In this document: positions 47,876-57,422 of the stretch, one piece after another
Numbering within the stretch: the first letter of the stretch is position 1
How the letters are laid out: every line of letters starts with the position of its first letter
From: a virus
Length of the DNA stretch: 64,000 nt
IMG/VR virus record: IMGVR_UViG_3300032294_002823
Reading direction: 5' to 3' (one strand)
Notes under the pieces: model-generated
Told to the model about the DNA's origin: nothing
Databases searched by the model: none
The model's input: the letters and a program-made list of their open reading frames with translations, nothing else
Position numbers and translations under genes: made by a program

Positions 47876-48207
47876 TGCAGACAACCATTCCCGTTACAAA
47901 AATATCAGGAACACTGAAGATGCACAATTATCGCTATTCTGAGGATAGAATTCTTCAGGAAATTCAGGCATACATTAATAAGACCTACACCCAACATTAT
48001 TCACGAAACAAGTTTCAAGCATCTGAATTCATTTTTGATAATGGTCACGGTGTTGGGTTTACTGTAGGTAACATCATGAAGTATGCTCAACGATATGGAA
48101 AAAAGAATGGACATAATCGTGATGACATCTTGAAAATCATTCACTACGCTATTATGTTACTATACGTACATGACACTTACATTGAGGAGAAACAACATGA
48201 AGATTAG
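47875..48207 (+). CDS. DUF3310-like protein
   Basis: TY.QHY, GFTVGNIMKYAQRYGKK.G and D.LKIIHYA. Confidence 0.75.
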   Translation: MQTTIPVTKISGTLKMHNYRYSEDRILQEIQAYINKTYTQHYSRNKFQASEFIFDNGHGVGFTVGNIMKYAQRYGKKNGHNRDDILKIIHYAIMLLYVHDTYIEEKQHED

Positions 48208-48874
48208 TTCCAAGACGGTATCACTGCTACAGAGTTTCGCACAGATTAGTCCTAACCTTCTAGTGAAGGCGGGTAATAAGTTGGCAACTCGTAATGCAGT
48301 AAATAGTATTCAGGCACGGGCTGTGGTTGAGGAAACATTTCCTCAGCAGTTCGCTATTTACGATTTGACACAGCTTCTAACACTTCTATCACTGTCTCAG
48401 ACGCCCGATATTGAGTTTCATGAAAAACATCTTGAAATCAAACATGGCCAGTGGCATCACCGATTTAATTATGCAGATGAGAGTCTGGTAACGGCTCCTG
48501 CAGATAATCCGCCTCAACTTGAACATTTGTATTCATTTAAACTCACGGCATCTGACATTAACATGATTGTCAAGACGGCTTCGGTTGTATCTGCCACAAT
48601 GATGAACATCGTATCAAAGAATGGTAAGGTGACATTGTTTGTAAATGATCCGAAGAATTCAACGTCTCATTCATTAACTCAGCCCTTGGGAGAAAGTGAT
48701 GTGTCGTTTGATGTCAAGATGGCAATTGATACATTCAAGATTGTTCCTGGTGAGTATAAGGTGCATGTATCACACGCCATCGCCAAGGCAGGTAAGGTAT
48801 TGGTATTTTTCTTTGAATCTACAACTTCTGAACTAACATATTTGATTGCAGCCGACACTACATCAAAGGTGTAA
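48197..48874 (+). CDS. gp45: Sliding clamp gp45
   Basis: MKISSKTVSLLQSFAQI, FAIYDL and PGEYKV; directly upstream of gp44. Confidence 0.85.
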   Translation: MKISSKTVSLLQSFAQISPNLLVKAGNKLATRNAVNSIQARAVVEETFPQQFAIYDLTQLLTLLSLSQTPDIEFHEKHLEIKHGQWHHRFNYADESLVTAPADNPPQLEHLYSFKLTASDINMIVKTASVVSATMMNIVSKNGKVTLFVNDPKNSTSHSLTQPLGESDVSFDVKMAIDTFKIVPGEYKVHVSHAIAKAGKVLVFFFESTTSELTYLIAADTTSKV

Positions 48875-48880
48875 TATATT

Positions 48881-49822
48881 ATGGAAGCAAATCGTGAGCA
48901 GTTTCTTTGGGTTGAAAAGTATCGTCCGCGGAAAATTTCTGATTGTATTCTTCCGCAGACATTGAAGAACACGTTCCAAGAGTTTGTGGATAAGGATAAT
49001 ATTCCTAACATGCTCTTGGCGGGTACAGCAGGGACAGGTAAGACCACGATAGCCCGGGCTCTGTGTGAAGAATTAGGTTGTGAGTATATTATTATCAACG
49101 GATCTGAGGAATCAGGTATTGATGTACTCAGAACCAAGATTAAAGATTTTGCCAGTACAGTTTCTTTGGCTGGTAAAACAAAGGTCGTGATTCTTGATGA
49201 GGCAGATTATTTAAATCCTAATTCCACACAACCCGCACTTCGTGGTTTCATTGAGGAGTTTAGTAAGAATTGTCGGTTCATTTTCACTTGTAATTACAAG
49301 AATAGAATTATTCCTCCACTACACAGTAGAACCACCGTGGTGGATTTCAAACTCTCAAAGGATGATAAGCCTGCCATGGCGGCGAAATTCTTTAAGAGAG
49401 TATCAGACATCTTGAAGGAAGAACAAGTCACGTTTGATCCGAAAGCTGTTGCTGAGGTGTTAAACAAGCACTTCCCTGATTATCGGCGTGTATTAAATGA
49501 GTTGCAACGATATGCCTCATCGGGTAATATTGATGCAGGTATTCTTACGAACATCAGTGATGCAAACATGAAGGAACTTCTCACGGCTCTCCGTGAAAAG
49601 GATTTCAAGAAGATGCGCGGTTGGGTTGTGAACAACATGGACAACGATCCGAACATGCTCTTTCGAAAGTTGTATGATACGTTACTCACTGAGGTGGTTC
49701 AAGTTCCTCAGTTGGTATTGCTATTGGCTGATTATCAATACAAGGCGGCGTTCGTTGCCGATGCTGAAATTAATTTAGTAGCATGTCTGACAGAAATCAT
49801 GGCAGCATGTGAGATGAAGTAA
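48881..49822 (+). CDS. gp44: Clamp loader ATPase gp44
   Basis: WVEKYRP, GTGKTT, ILDEAD and PLHSR. Confidence 0.96.
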   Translation: MEANREQFLWVEKYRPRKISDCILPQTLKNTFQEFVDKDNIPNMLLAGTAGTGKTTIARALCEELGCEYIIINGSEESGIDVLRTKIKDFASTVSLAGKTKVVILDEADYLNPNSTQPALRGFIEEFSKNCRFIFTCNYKNRIIPPLHSRTTVVDFKLSKDDKPAMAAKFFKRVSDILKEEQVTFDPKAVAEVLNKHFPDYRRVLNELQRYASSGNIDAGILTNISDANMKELLTALREKDFKKMRGWVVNNMDNDPNMLFRKLYDTLLTEVVQVPQLVLLLADYQYKAAFVADAEINLVACLTEIMAACEMK

Positions 49823-49834
49823 TAGGAGAATACT

Positions 49835-50326
49835 ATGAATCTTATTCCCAGTTCTTATTCGACATTTGTGACTGACCATGAAAAAGGACAAATCACACAA
49901 CTAATGGCTAAGACATATTTCATTTATCGAGGTTGGGAGACATCAACTCCTGAGAATCCATGCTCTCCATATGATTTATTGATTCGTCATCCCCGAACAG
50001 GAAAGTCTTTACTGGTACAAGTAAAGTCATTAACTAGTAAAAATAGAAGTGTTGAAACATATGCTAAAGGAAATGGTAGGGACAAGGGCTCAAAAAGAAA
50101 AAAGACAGATTATGCCAAATGTGGTATTGATTTTCTTCTTGGGGTTGATGTTGACACTTCAAATGTCTATCTGTATCCGTTAGATTTCTATCGGGGAAAG
50201 AGTACTATCAATGTAGATAAAAATCCTTCGTTTGATGTTGAATTCATCACAGAACGAGGGTATAGAAACTTTAAGATGCACGAAGAAATTTCCACATTAG
50301 ACCTACTGGCACATGATAAATCTTGA
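49835..50326 (+). CDS. Free-standing PD-(D/E)XK endonuclease (homing-endonuclease-like)
   Basis: PYDLLI...LVQVKS...IDFLLGV; lies between gp44 and gp62. Confidence 0.65.
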   Translation: MNLIPSSYSTFVTDHEKGQITQLMAKTYFIYRGWETSTPENPCSPYDLLIRHPRTGKSLLVQVKSLTSKNRSVETYAKGNGRDKGSKRKKTDYAKCGIDFLLGVDVDTSNVYLYPLDFYRGKSTINVDKNPSFDVEFITERGYRNFKMHEEISTLDLLAHDKS

Positions 50327-50762
50327 TGGCGAAGAAATCGTAGAAGAAAAAATTGAGGAATATAAAACTCCGAAAATTAGTCCTTTCGATTTCGTGAATG
50401 CCATTCATTACTCTAAGGATGCACTCATTGTGGATGAGTGGAGTGAGAAACAGTATAATCCCTATCTTGTAAACAAGAGTTTAAGTTTCGGGGCAGACAC
50501 AGTAATTGCTGCCAATGAAATGAATAGTCGTCCCCACCTGGAGAAACGCCTCCAGTTTGATTTTCTTATAAATATAGTGAGACCTCGAAAGAGATTCAAC
50601 AAGTGGTTGAAGGCTGAAAAAGTCGAAGATATTGATGTGGTTAAACAGTATTATAAATACAATACTGAGAAAGCATTTCAGGCTCTTGCTCTTTTGACGC
50701 CAGAACAAATTCTCACAATTAAAGAAAAATTGAACACAGGTGGATTGACAAATGGCGCATGA
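50313..50762 (+). CDS. gp62: Clamp loader subunit gp62
   Basis: SPFDFVN, ANEMN, LQFDFL and RPRKRF.KW. Confidence 0.93.
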   Translation: MINLDGEEIVEEKIEEYKTPKISPFDFVNAIHYSKDALIVDEWSEKQYNPYLVNKSLSFGADTVIAANEMNSRPHLEKRLQFDFLINIVRPRKRFNKWLKAEKVEDIDVVKQYYKYNTEKAFQALALLTPEQILTIKEKLNTGGLTNGA

Positions 50763-51171
50763 TTTAATAAATATACCCGCAATTCCTGGGTATGAACCAT
50801 TAGAAGTTAAATTGGTGAATCCGGATGACTTCTTGAAGGTTCGGGAAACATTAACACGTATTGGTGTTGCCTCACGAAAGGATCAAACACTATACCAAAG
50901 CTGTCACATCTTACATAAGCAAGGCAGATATTTCATTGTTCACTTTAAGGAACTTTTTGCCCTTGACGGTAAGCATGCTGATTTATCAGATAACGATTTA
51001 CACAGACGTAATACAGTTGCTCATCTTCTTGAAGATTGGGGATTGGTTGACATTGTGAACCCAGACCTATGTGAAGATACCGCACCGTTATCACAAATCA
51101 AAGTACTTGCATTTGGTGAAAAGAACAATTGGAATTTAGTAGCAAAATATAATATTGGAAAAAAGAAATAA
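50752..51171 (+). CDS. regA: Translational repressor RegA
   Basis: DDFLKVRETLTRIGVASR and LYQSCHILHKQGRYFIVHFKELF. Confidence 0.97.
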   Translation: MAHDLINIPAIPGYEPLEVKLVNPDDFLKVRETLTRIGVASRKDQTLYQSCHILHKQGRYFIVHFKELFALDGKHADLSDNDLHRRNTVAHLLEDWGLVDIVNPDLCEDTAPLSQIKVLAFGEKNNWNLVAKYNIGKKK

Positions 51172-51172
51172 G

Positions 51173-51720
51173 ACTTGACTGTAGGGGTGTTAGGAGTTAA
51201 CTTAACCTTAGATACGCCGAAAGGGTATCACTAACACATTCGCTCAAAGGAGGAATTATGACACGTACCTTTACTTTTAACTCTGCTTCTCTTAATACAC
51301 CATGGGCTATTGGCTTTGATAGTCTCTGGGACCGTTTTCATACCATTGAATCGGTTAATAGTGCAAGCAATTATCCCCCATACAACATCGTTAAGCATGA
51401 TGCTGAGCATTGGAGCATCGAACTTGCCGTGGCAGGTTTCAAGCGGAATGAACTTGATGTTGAATTGGCTGAGGGAGTTCTTACCATTTCAGCAAAGACA
51501 GAAACTTCAGAAACCGAAGTGGAATATGTCCATCGCGGTTTGGCAAAGCGTGCGTTCACTCGCAAGTGGACACTCGCTGATGATGTAGTTGTTCGTGATG
51601 CGTCACTTGTTGATGGTGTTCTCACCATTGATTTGGAACGCATCGTCCCCGAGGATAAGAAGCCTCGGAAGATTGACATTTTGTAATTAAATAATCCTCC
51701 TAACACCCTTACAGTTGAGT
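51173..51720 (+). repeat. 24-nt inverted repeat bracketing hsp20 (51173-51196 and 51697-51720)
   Basis: acttgactgtaggggtgttaggag against ctcctaacacccttacagttgagt gives 21 Watson-Crick and 3 G-U pairs. Confidence 0.85.
51258..51686 (+). CDS. hsp20: Small heat-shock protein Hsp20
   Basis: NYPPYNI, ELAVAGF, YVHRGLAKRAF and DGVLTIDLER. Confidence 0.95.
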   Translation: MTRTFTFNSASLNTPWAIGFDSLWDRFHTIESVNSASNYPPYNIVKHDAEHWSIELAVAGFKRNELDVELAEGVLTISAKTETSETEVEYVHRGLAKRAFTRKWTLADDVVVRDASLVDGVLTIDLERIVPEDKKPRKIDIL

Positions 51721-51725
51721 TTATA

Positions 51726-52022
51726 ATGATTAAATGCATCAAGTTAGTTACAGGCGAAGATTTGATTGGTGACGTTGAAGTACAAGGTGATTCACTCACC
51801 ATCGAAACGCCGTGTGCGGTTGTGCTCATCCCAACCCAAGAACATCAATACTCTGTTGGTCTTGCACCATTTCTTCCGTTTGCTGCCTCCAAGAAGTTTT
51901 CATATTCCCGTGAACATGTTGTGCTGGTATATGAAGCAGCCGACCAATTGAAGAATGAATACAATAGGATTACAGGCAAGGGTATTGTTCTTCCTGAACG
52001 CCCAAAGTTAGAACTAGTCTAA
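51726..52022 (+). CDS. Conserved hypothetical protein (Sm-like) upstream of gp43
   Basis: IKLVTGEDLIG...GIVLP. Confidence 0.7.
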   Translation: MIKCIKLVTGEDLIGDVEVQGDSLTIETPCAVVLIPTQEHQYSVGLAPFLPFAASKKFSYSREHVVLVYEAADQLKNEYNRITGKGIVLPERPKLELV

Positions 52023-52028
52023 TACATT

Positions 52029-52054
52029 GAAACCTCTCGGAGACGGGAGGTTTC
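52029..52054 (+). terminator. Hairpin, probable terminator
   Basis: gaaacctctcg-gaga-cgggaggtttc; weak U tail. Confidence 0.55.
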
Positions 52055-52062
52055 CTGCCTAC

Positions 52063-52090
52063 TTGACAAAGTGTGGCATCATGTTATATT
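52063..52090 (+). promoter_or_regulatory. sigma70-type promoter for gp43
   Basis: TTGACA-N16-TATATT with extended TG. Confidence 0.65.
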
Positions 52091-52132
52091 TCATACATAT
52101 CTTAAAAACATTCAAGACCCGGGAGAGGTTGA

Positions 52133-54643
52133 ATGAAGAATTTCTACACGAACGTATTACAATATGGTAATAGAATTCTTGTCCGTGAAATTAAAAACGG
52201 CAAGCGTGACAACCACAAGGTGGAATTCCGCCCCACGATGTTCATTAAGGCGCAGACTGAAACAAAACATAAAAGTTTGTTTGGTGATAATCTAGAGCCT
52301 ATTCAATTTGGTGACATCAACGAAGCAAAAGAATTCATGAAGAAATATAAGGAAGTAGAAAACTTCCCCATCTTCGGTAACACTTCTTTTGCCTATCAGT
52401 ACATCACAGAGAAGTATCCTACTGAGGTTGATTATGATATTAGTCAGCTCACCATCTTCTCACTCGACATTGAGACAGCCTCAGAGAATGGCTTTCCGAG
52501 TATTGACAATCCCATTGAGGAAGTCTTGCTCATCACAGTACAAGATAACAACACAAAGAAGATTACAACCTTTGGCGCAAAAAAGTTTGACATTGAAAAC
52601 ATCAAGCATATTTCCAATAAGAACAATTTCGAATATGTGAAGTGTCGTGACGAAGCAGATTTGCTCAGCACATTTCTTCGTTTCTGGCAAGCCACAACTC
52701 CTGATGTTGTGACAGGATGGAACACACAGCTATTCGATATGCCTTATCTTCTGGTTCGTATCAAGAGAGTTTTGGGTGAAGATAAAGTTAAGGATTTGTC
52801 GCCATGGCGTATTGTTAATGAACGATACATCACGATGAATGGTCGTGAATTTCTCACTGCTGATATTTTTGGTGTGAGTAGCTTAGATTATTTGGACTTG
52901 TACAAGAAGTTTACATACTCGGCACAAGAAAGTTATAAGCTCGATTATATCGCACAGCAGGAATTGGGAAGAAAGAAACTAGAAACGGAATATGAAACAT
53001 TCAAGGATCATTATACAAATGATTGGCAATCGTTTGTGGAATATAACGTTGTTGACGTAGAACTGGTTGACGCCTTAGAAGATAAGATGAAGTTGATTGA
53101 ATTGGTTATCACGATGGCATATGATGCCAAGTGTAACTTCAATGACATCTTCTCGGCGGTGCGAACCTGGGATTGTATTCTTCACAATCATTTGTGGGCA
53201 AAGAATATTATTGTTCATCAAAAGGAACATCATGAAGGTAGAACAATTGCCGGTGCCTATGTGAAAGAACCCGTGCCGGGTAAGTATGATTGGGTCGTGA
53301 GCTTCGACGCGGCATCACTATATCCTAGCATCATCATGCAGTATAACATGAGTCCTGAAACAATGGTGGCGGGTGCATCACTAGACATCACTCCTGAAAA
53401 ACTTTTGGCAGGACATACGGAACACGTTGGTCAACTCCATGACAAGAATGTGGCAATGGCAGCAAATGGCTATTGTTATACACAAACACACCAAGGATTG
53501 TTCCCAGAAATTGTTGAAAAGATTTTCAGTGAACGTGTGTTCTACAAGAAGAAGATGATTGAGGCACAGAAGGAATATGAAAAGACAAAGGATGTTGAAC
53601 AGGTAAAGTTGATTTCCAAATATAACAACATTCAAATGGCTCGTAAGATTCAGTTGAATAGTTTATATGGTGCCTGGGCAAATCAATACTTTCGTTTCTA
53701 TGATGATAGGATTGCCGAAGGTATCACGTTGACAGGACAATACATTATTCAACATATTGGTCGAGCATTGAATGATTATCTGAACAAGACATGTGGAACC
53801 ACTGATGTGGAGTATACTTTCTATTCCGATACTGATAGTTGTTACATCACATTGGATAAGTTGGTTGAACAACATTTCTCACAGTTGGATAAGAACAAGA
53901 TTGTGGATGTGATTGACAAGTTTTGTAAGGATAAAATTAGTAAGGTGTTATCTCGCGCCTGTGAAGAAATCATGGATGTGACACATGGATACGTGTCGAA
54001 GATGGAGTTCAAACGTGAGGTGATTGCTGATAAGGCAATCTGGGTGGCGAAGAAGCGATATGCCTTGAACGTCTATGATAGTGAAGGTGTTCGATACAAG
54101 GAACCCAAGCTGAAGGTACAGGGGCTTGAAATTGTTCGTAGTTCAACGCCTGGGAGTGTCCGTGAATATCTTCGAAACACAGTGAAGATGGCACTGACAA
54201 AAACACAAGATGAGATTCAAGAGTATATTGCTGACCTTGAACAGAAATTCATGCAGATGACACCTGAGGAGATTGCATTTCCGCGAAGTGCCAACAATCT
54301 CTCCAAGTATCATTCACAGGCAACCATATATCAGAAGGCGACACCTATGCATGTTCGAGGTGCACTGTTATACAATCATCACATTAAGTTGAAGAAGTTG
54401 GAAAGAAAGTATGAGCTAATTAAAGAAGGTGATAAAATCAAGTATTTGTATTTGAAGGAACCCAATCCCATCAAGGAAAACAGCATTGCATTTGTGACAT
54501 CGTTACCAAAAGAACTTGACATACATAAGTATGTTGATTATAATACAATGTTCGAAAAGAGTTTTCTAGAACCTATGCGAACCATTCTTGATTGTATGGG
54601 TTGGTCAACACGAAAAATTGCCACACTGGATGATTTATTCTAA
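52133..54643 (+). CDS. gp43: Family B DNA polymerase gp43
   Basis: DIET exonuclease motif, SFDAASLYPS, KIQLNSLYG, YSDTDS and KKRY. Confidence 0.98.
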   Translation: MKNFYTNVLQYGNRILVREIKNGKRDNHKVEFRPTMFIKAQTETKHKSLFGDNLEPIQFGDINEAKEFMKKYKEVENFPIFGNTSFAYQYITEKYPTEVDYDISQLTIFSLDIETASENGFPSIDNPIEEVLLITVQDNNTKKITTFGAKKFDIENIKHISNKNNFEYVKCRDEADLLSTFLRFWQATTPDVVTGWNTQLFDMPYLLVRIKRVLGEDKVKDLSPWRIVNERYITMNGREFLTADIFGVSSLDYLDLYKKFTYSAQESYKLDYIAQQELGRKKLETEYETFKDHYTNDWQSFVEYNVVDVELVDALEDKMKLIELVITMAYDAKCNFNDIFSAVRTWDCILHNHLWAKNIIVHQKEHHEGRTIAGAYVKEPVPGKYDWVVSFDAASLYPSIIMQYNMSPETMVAGASLDITPEKLLAGHTEHVGQLHDKNVAMAANGYCYTQTHQGLFPEIVEKIFSERVFYKKKMIEAQKEYEKTKDVEQVKLISKYNNIQMARKIQLNSLYGAWANQYFRFYDDRIAEGITLTGQYIIQHIGRALNDYLNKTCGTTDVEYTFYSDTDSCYITLDKLVEQHFSQLDKNKIVDVIDKFCKDKISKVLSRACEEIMDVTHGYVSKMEFKREVIADKAIWVAKKRYALNVYDSEGVRYKEPKLKVQGLEIVRSSTPGSVREYLRNTVKMALTKTQDEIQEYIADLEQKFMQMTPEEIAFPRSANNLSKYHSQATIYQKATPMHVRGALLYNHHIKLKKLERKYELIKEGDKIKYLYLKEPNPIKENSIAFVTSLPKELDIHKYVDYNTMFEKSFLEPMRTILDCMGWSTRKIATLDDLF

Positions 54644-54652
54644 GGAGATGCT

Positions 54653-55702
54653 ATGTCATTAATTAACAAGTTACGAAAAAATTCCACAATTCGTGAAACA
54701 GAAATCCTAACTGAAAGTAAATTCTTTTCAGCAAAGGACATGATTCAAACCCCTGTCCCGATGATTAATGTTGCTCTATCGGGTCGTCTTGATGGTGGTC
54801 TTACGCCTGGTTTAACAGTGTTCGCAGGTCCCTCTAAACACTTTAAGACAGCGTTCGCCATGCTTCTTGCGAAGTCATATTTGGAGAAATATGAGGATGC
54901 AGCCATTCTGTTCTATGATTCAGAGTTTGGCGCACCCGCGGGATACTTCAAGAGCTTCGGTATTGATACCGACCGCGTGATCCACACACCGATTACCGAT
55001 ATTGAGCAACTCAAACATGATATGATGTCACAGATTAACAACATTGAACGTGGTGAGCATGTCATCATCATTGTTGATTCTGTTGGTAACTTGGCGTCAA
55101 AGAAAGAAGTTGAAGATGCACTGGAAGGAAAGAGTGTGGCAGACATGACCAGAGCCAAGCAGCTCAAGAGTCTGTTCCGCATGTGTACACCCCACTTAAC
55201 CATCAAGGACATTCCCATGGTGGTTGTGAATCACACATACAAGGAAATTGGTATGTTCCCGAAGGACATTGTATCAGGCGGTACAGGCATCTATTACTCA
55301 GCCGATAACATCTTCATCATTGGTCGTCAGCAAGAGAAGGATGCCGATGGTCTCACAGGATATAACTTCATCATCAATGTTGAGAAGTCTCGCTTTGTTC
55401 GTGAAAAGAGTAAGATTCCTGTTGAGGTATCATTTGAAGGAGGTATTAGCACATGGTCAGGATTGTTGGATGTGGCACTTGAATCCGGACATGTTGTGAA
55501 GCCCGCAAATGGTTGGTATCAAAAGAAGGGAGAAGAAAAGAAGCATCGCTTAAATGACACATACACCCGGGAATTCTGGATGTCTATTCTTTCGGATAGC
55601 ACGTTCAGAGATTGGATTAAAACACATTATGCCATCTCCAACTCGTCCCTAGTGGCAGAATTTACTGATGAACTCATTCAAGAGGAATACGATAATGTCT
55701 AG
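54653..55702 (+). CDS. uvsX: RecA-like recombinase UvsX
   Basis: AGPSKHFKT, YDSEFG and DMTRAK. Confidence 0.96.
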   Translation: MSLINKLRKNSTIRETEILTESKFFSAKDMIQTPVPMINVALSGRLDGGLTPGLTVFAGPSKHFKTAFAMLLAKSYLEKYEDAAILFYDSEFGAPAGYFKSFGIDTDRVIHTPITDIEQLKHDMMSQINNIERGEHVIIIVDSVGNLASKKEVEDALEGKSVADMTRAKQLKSLFRMCTPHLTIKDIPMVVVNHTYKEIGMFPKDIVSGGTGIYYSADNIFIIGRQQEKDADGLTGYNFIINVEKSRFVREKSKIPVEVSFEGGISTWSGLLDVALESGHVVKPANGWYQKKGEEKKHRLNDTYTREFWMSILSDSTFRDWIKTHYAISNSSLVAEFTDELIQEEYDNV

Positions 55703-56039
55703 TTTTATTGTAAAGGAAAACACAGAATACACGGAAGTAAATACCGCAACCCATTATATTGAAATTGATAGTGGCCCTTTAAACGGACTATGTTTTATAT
55801 TTGGTCCGGTAGAATTCATGGGTGAGGATGAAGAAGGGAATGGAAAGATTAATTTCGATTATCACTTGATTCATGTCCCAGAAACAATTACGTTTCAAGA
55901 ACGACGAGATGAAATTGAAGGTAACATTGGCAAAATTCTACAAATCATTATTGAACAGCAAGTTGCCCAAGAACGAGATAATCAAGAGGTCGTAAATGAA
56001 ACTGGAACAGGTGATACTGAACAATCTACTGAAGGATGA
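55695..56039 (+). CDS. Hypothetical protein at the gp40 position (possible head-vertex assembly chaperone)
   Basis: Lies between uvsX and gp41 as T4 gene 40 does; the call is positional only. Confidence 0.45.
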   Translation: MSSFIVKENTEYTEVNTATHYIEIDSGPLNGLCFIFGPVEFMGEDEEGNGKINFDYHLIHVPETITFQERRDEIEGNIGKILQIIIEQQVAQERDNQEVVNETGTGDTEQSTEG

Positions 56040-57390
56040 AACATATCTTCGTAAAGTCATTCCTTTTTTAAAGGATGAGTATTTCATAGATGCAACTGAA
56101 AAGAAGGTGTTTCAAACGATTAATTCTTTTGTGGGGGAGTATAACGCTTCCCCCACAATTGAAGCCGTACACATCTCATTACAGAATGACAAAACAATTC
56201 GTGAAGATGAGTATGAGAGAATTGTAGAACTTGTCAATTCATTTCAAAGTGATGCTGAGAAGAATAAAGAATGGTTATTGAATGAGACAGAAACGTTTTG
56301 TAAGGACAAGGCGGTGTATAACGCCATTGTTCAATCCATTCAAATCATTGATGGTAAGAATGATAAACTGACATCTGATGCCATTCCTGAAATTCTCAAG
56401 GATGCCTTAGCCATTAGTTTTGATAATAGTGTGGGACATGATTATCTTGATGATAGTGAAACTCGGTATGATTTCTATCATCGTGTGGAAGAAAAGATTC
56501 CTTTCGACTTGGATTTCTTCAACAAGATTACAAAGGGTGGATTGTCCAACAAGACATTGAACATTGCACTGGCAGGTACAGGTGTAGGTAAGAGTTTGTT
56601 CATGTGTCACGTTGCAGCAGGCGCCTTGAGTCAAGGGAAAAATGTTCTGTACATCACGATGGAAATGGCAGAAGAAAAGATTGCAGAACGTATTGACGCT
56701 AATTTGATGAATGTCACAATGGATGATTTGAAGAATCTTCCGAAGCAAATGTTTGATGACAGAATTAGTCGTATCAAAAACAAGACGGAAGGAAAACTCA
56801 TCATTAAGGAATATCCCACAGCCTCAGCACATGCAGGACATTTTCGAGCATTGTTGAATGAGTTGAGTTTAAAGAAGGATTTTCGTCCGGATTTGATTTT
56901 CATTGATTACTTGAACATTTGTGCTAGTAGTCGTTTCAAAATGTCTGGGAGCGTGAACAGTTACATTTACATCAAGGGTATTGCAGAAGAACTTCGTGGA
57001 TTGGCTGTGGAATTCAATGTACCTATCGTATCGGCAACTCAAACAACACGAACGGGATATTCCAATAGTGATGTGGAATTGACTGACACATCAGAATCAT
57101 TTGGATTGCCGGCAACAGCCGACTTCATGTTCGCCTTGATTTCCACAGAAGATTTGCAGAAGTTGGATCAAATCATGATAAAACAATTGAAGAACAGATA
57201 TGCCGATCCCAATCATCATAAGCGATTTGTGATTGGCGTTGACCGCGCTAAAATGAAGTTGTTCGATTTGGACATGTCAGCACAAAAAATGGTTTTGAAA
57301 AATGACACACCCTCATCAAGTCAGGAGTCAAAGCCCAATTTTGTCACATCGAAAACGTTCTCACGAAACTTTGAAAGTATTAAAATATAA
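55996..57390 (+). CDS. gp41: Replicative helicase gp41
   Basis: AGTGVGKS, IFIDYLNI, AEELRGLA, SESFGLPATAD and KQLKNRY. Confidence 0.97.
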   Translation: MKLEQVILNNLLKDETYLRKVIPFLKDEYFIDATEKKVFQTINSFVGEYNASPTIEAVHISLQNDKTIREDEYERIVELVNSFQSDAEKNKEWLLNETETFCKDKAVYNAIVQSIQIIDGKNDKLTSDAIPEILKDALAISFDNSVGHDYLDDSETRYDFYHRVEEKIPFDLDFFNKITKGGLSNKTLNIALAGTGVGKSLFMCHVAAGALSQGKNVLYITMEMAEEKIAERIDANLMNVTMDDLKNLPKQMFDDRISRIKNKTEGKLIIKEYPTASAHAGHFRALLNELSLKKDFRPDLIFIDYLNICASSRFKMSGSVNSYIYIKGIAEELRGLAVEFNVPIVSATQTTRTGYSNSDVELTDTSESFGLPATADFMFALISTEDLQKLDQIMIKQLKNRYADPNHHKRFVIGVDRAKMKLFDLDMSAQKMVLKNDTPSSSQESKPNFVTSKTFSRNFESIKI

Positions 57391-57393
57391 ATA
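57386..57393 (+). promoter_or_regulatory. T4-type late promoter
   Basis: TATAAATA at the gp41 stop. Confidence 0.75.
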
Positions 57394-57422
57394 GAGAGTG
57401 GTGTCTTAACCCAGGGGGAATT

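Noticed and set aside
49823-50326. Group I intron around the endonuclease
   Set aside because: gp44 and gp62 are both intact and there is no flanking non-coding space for a ribozyme core.
50567-50574. TATAAATA inside gp62
   Set aside because: It is intragenic in an AT-rich gene and may be chance; a late promoter for regA cannot be excluded.
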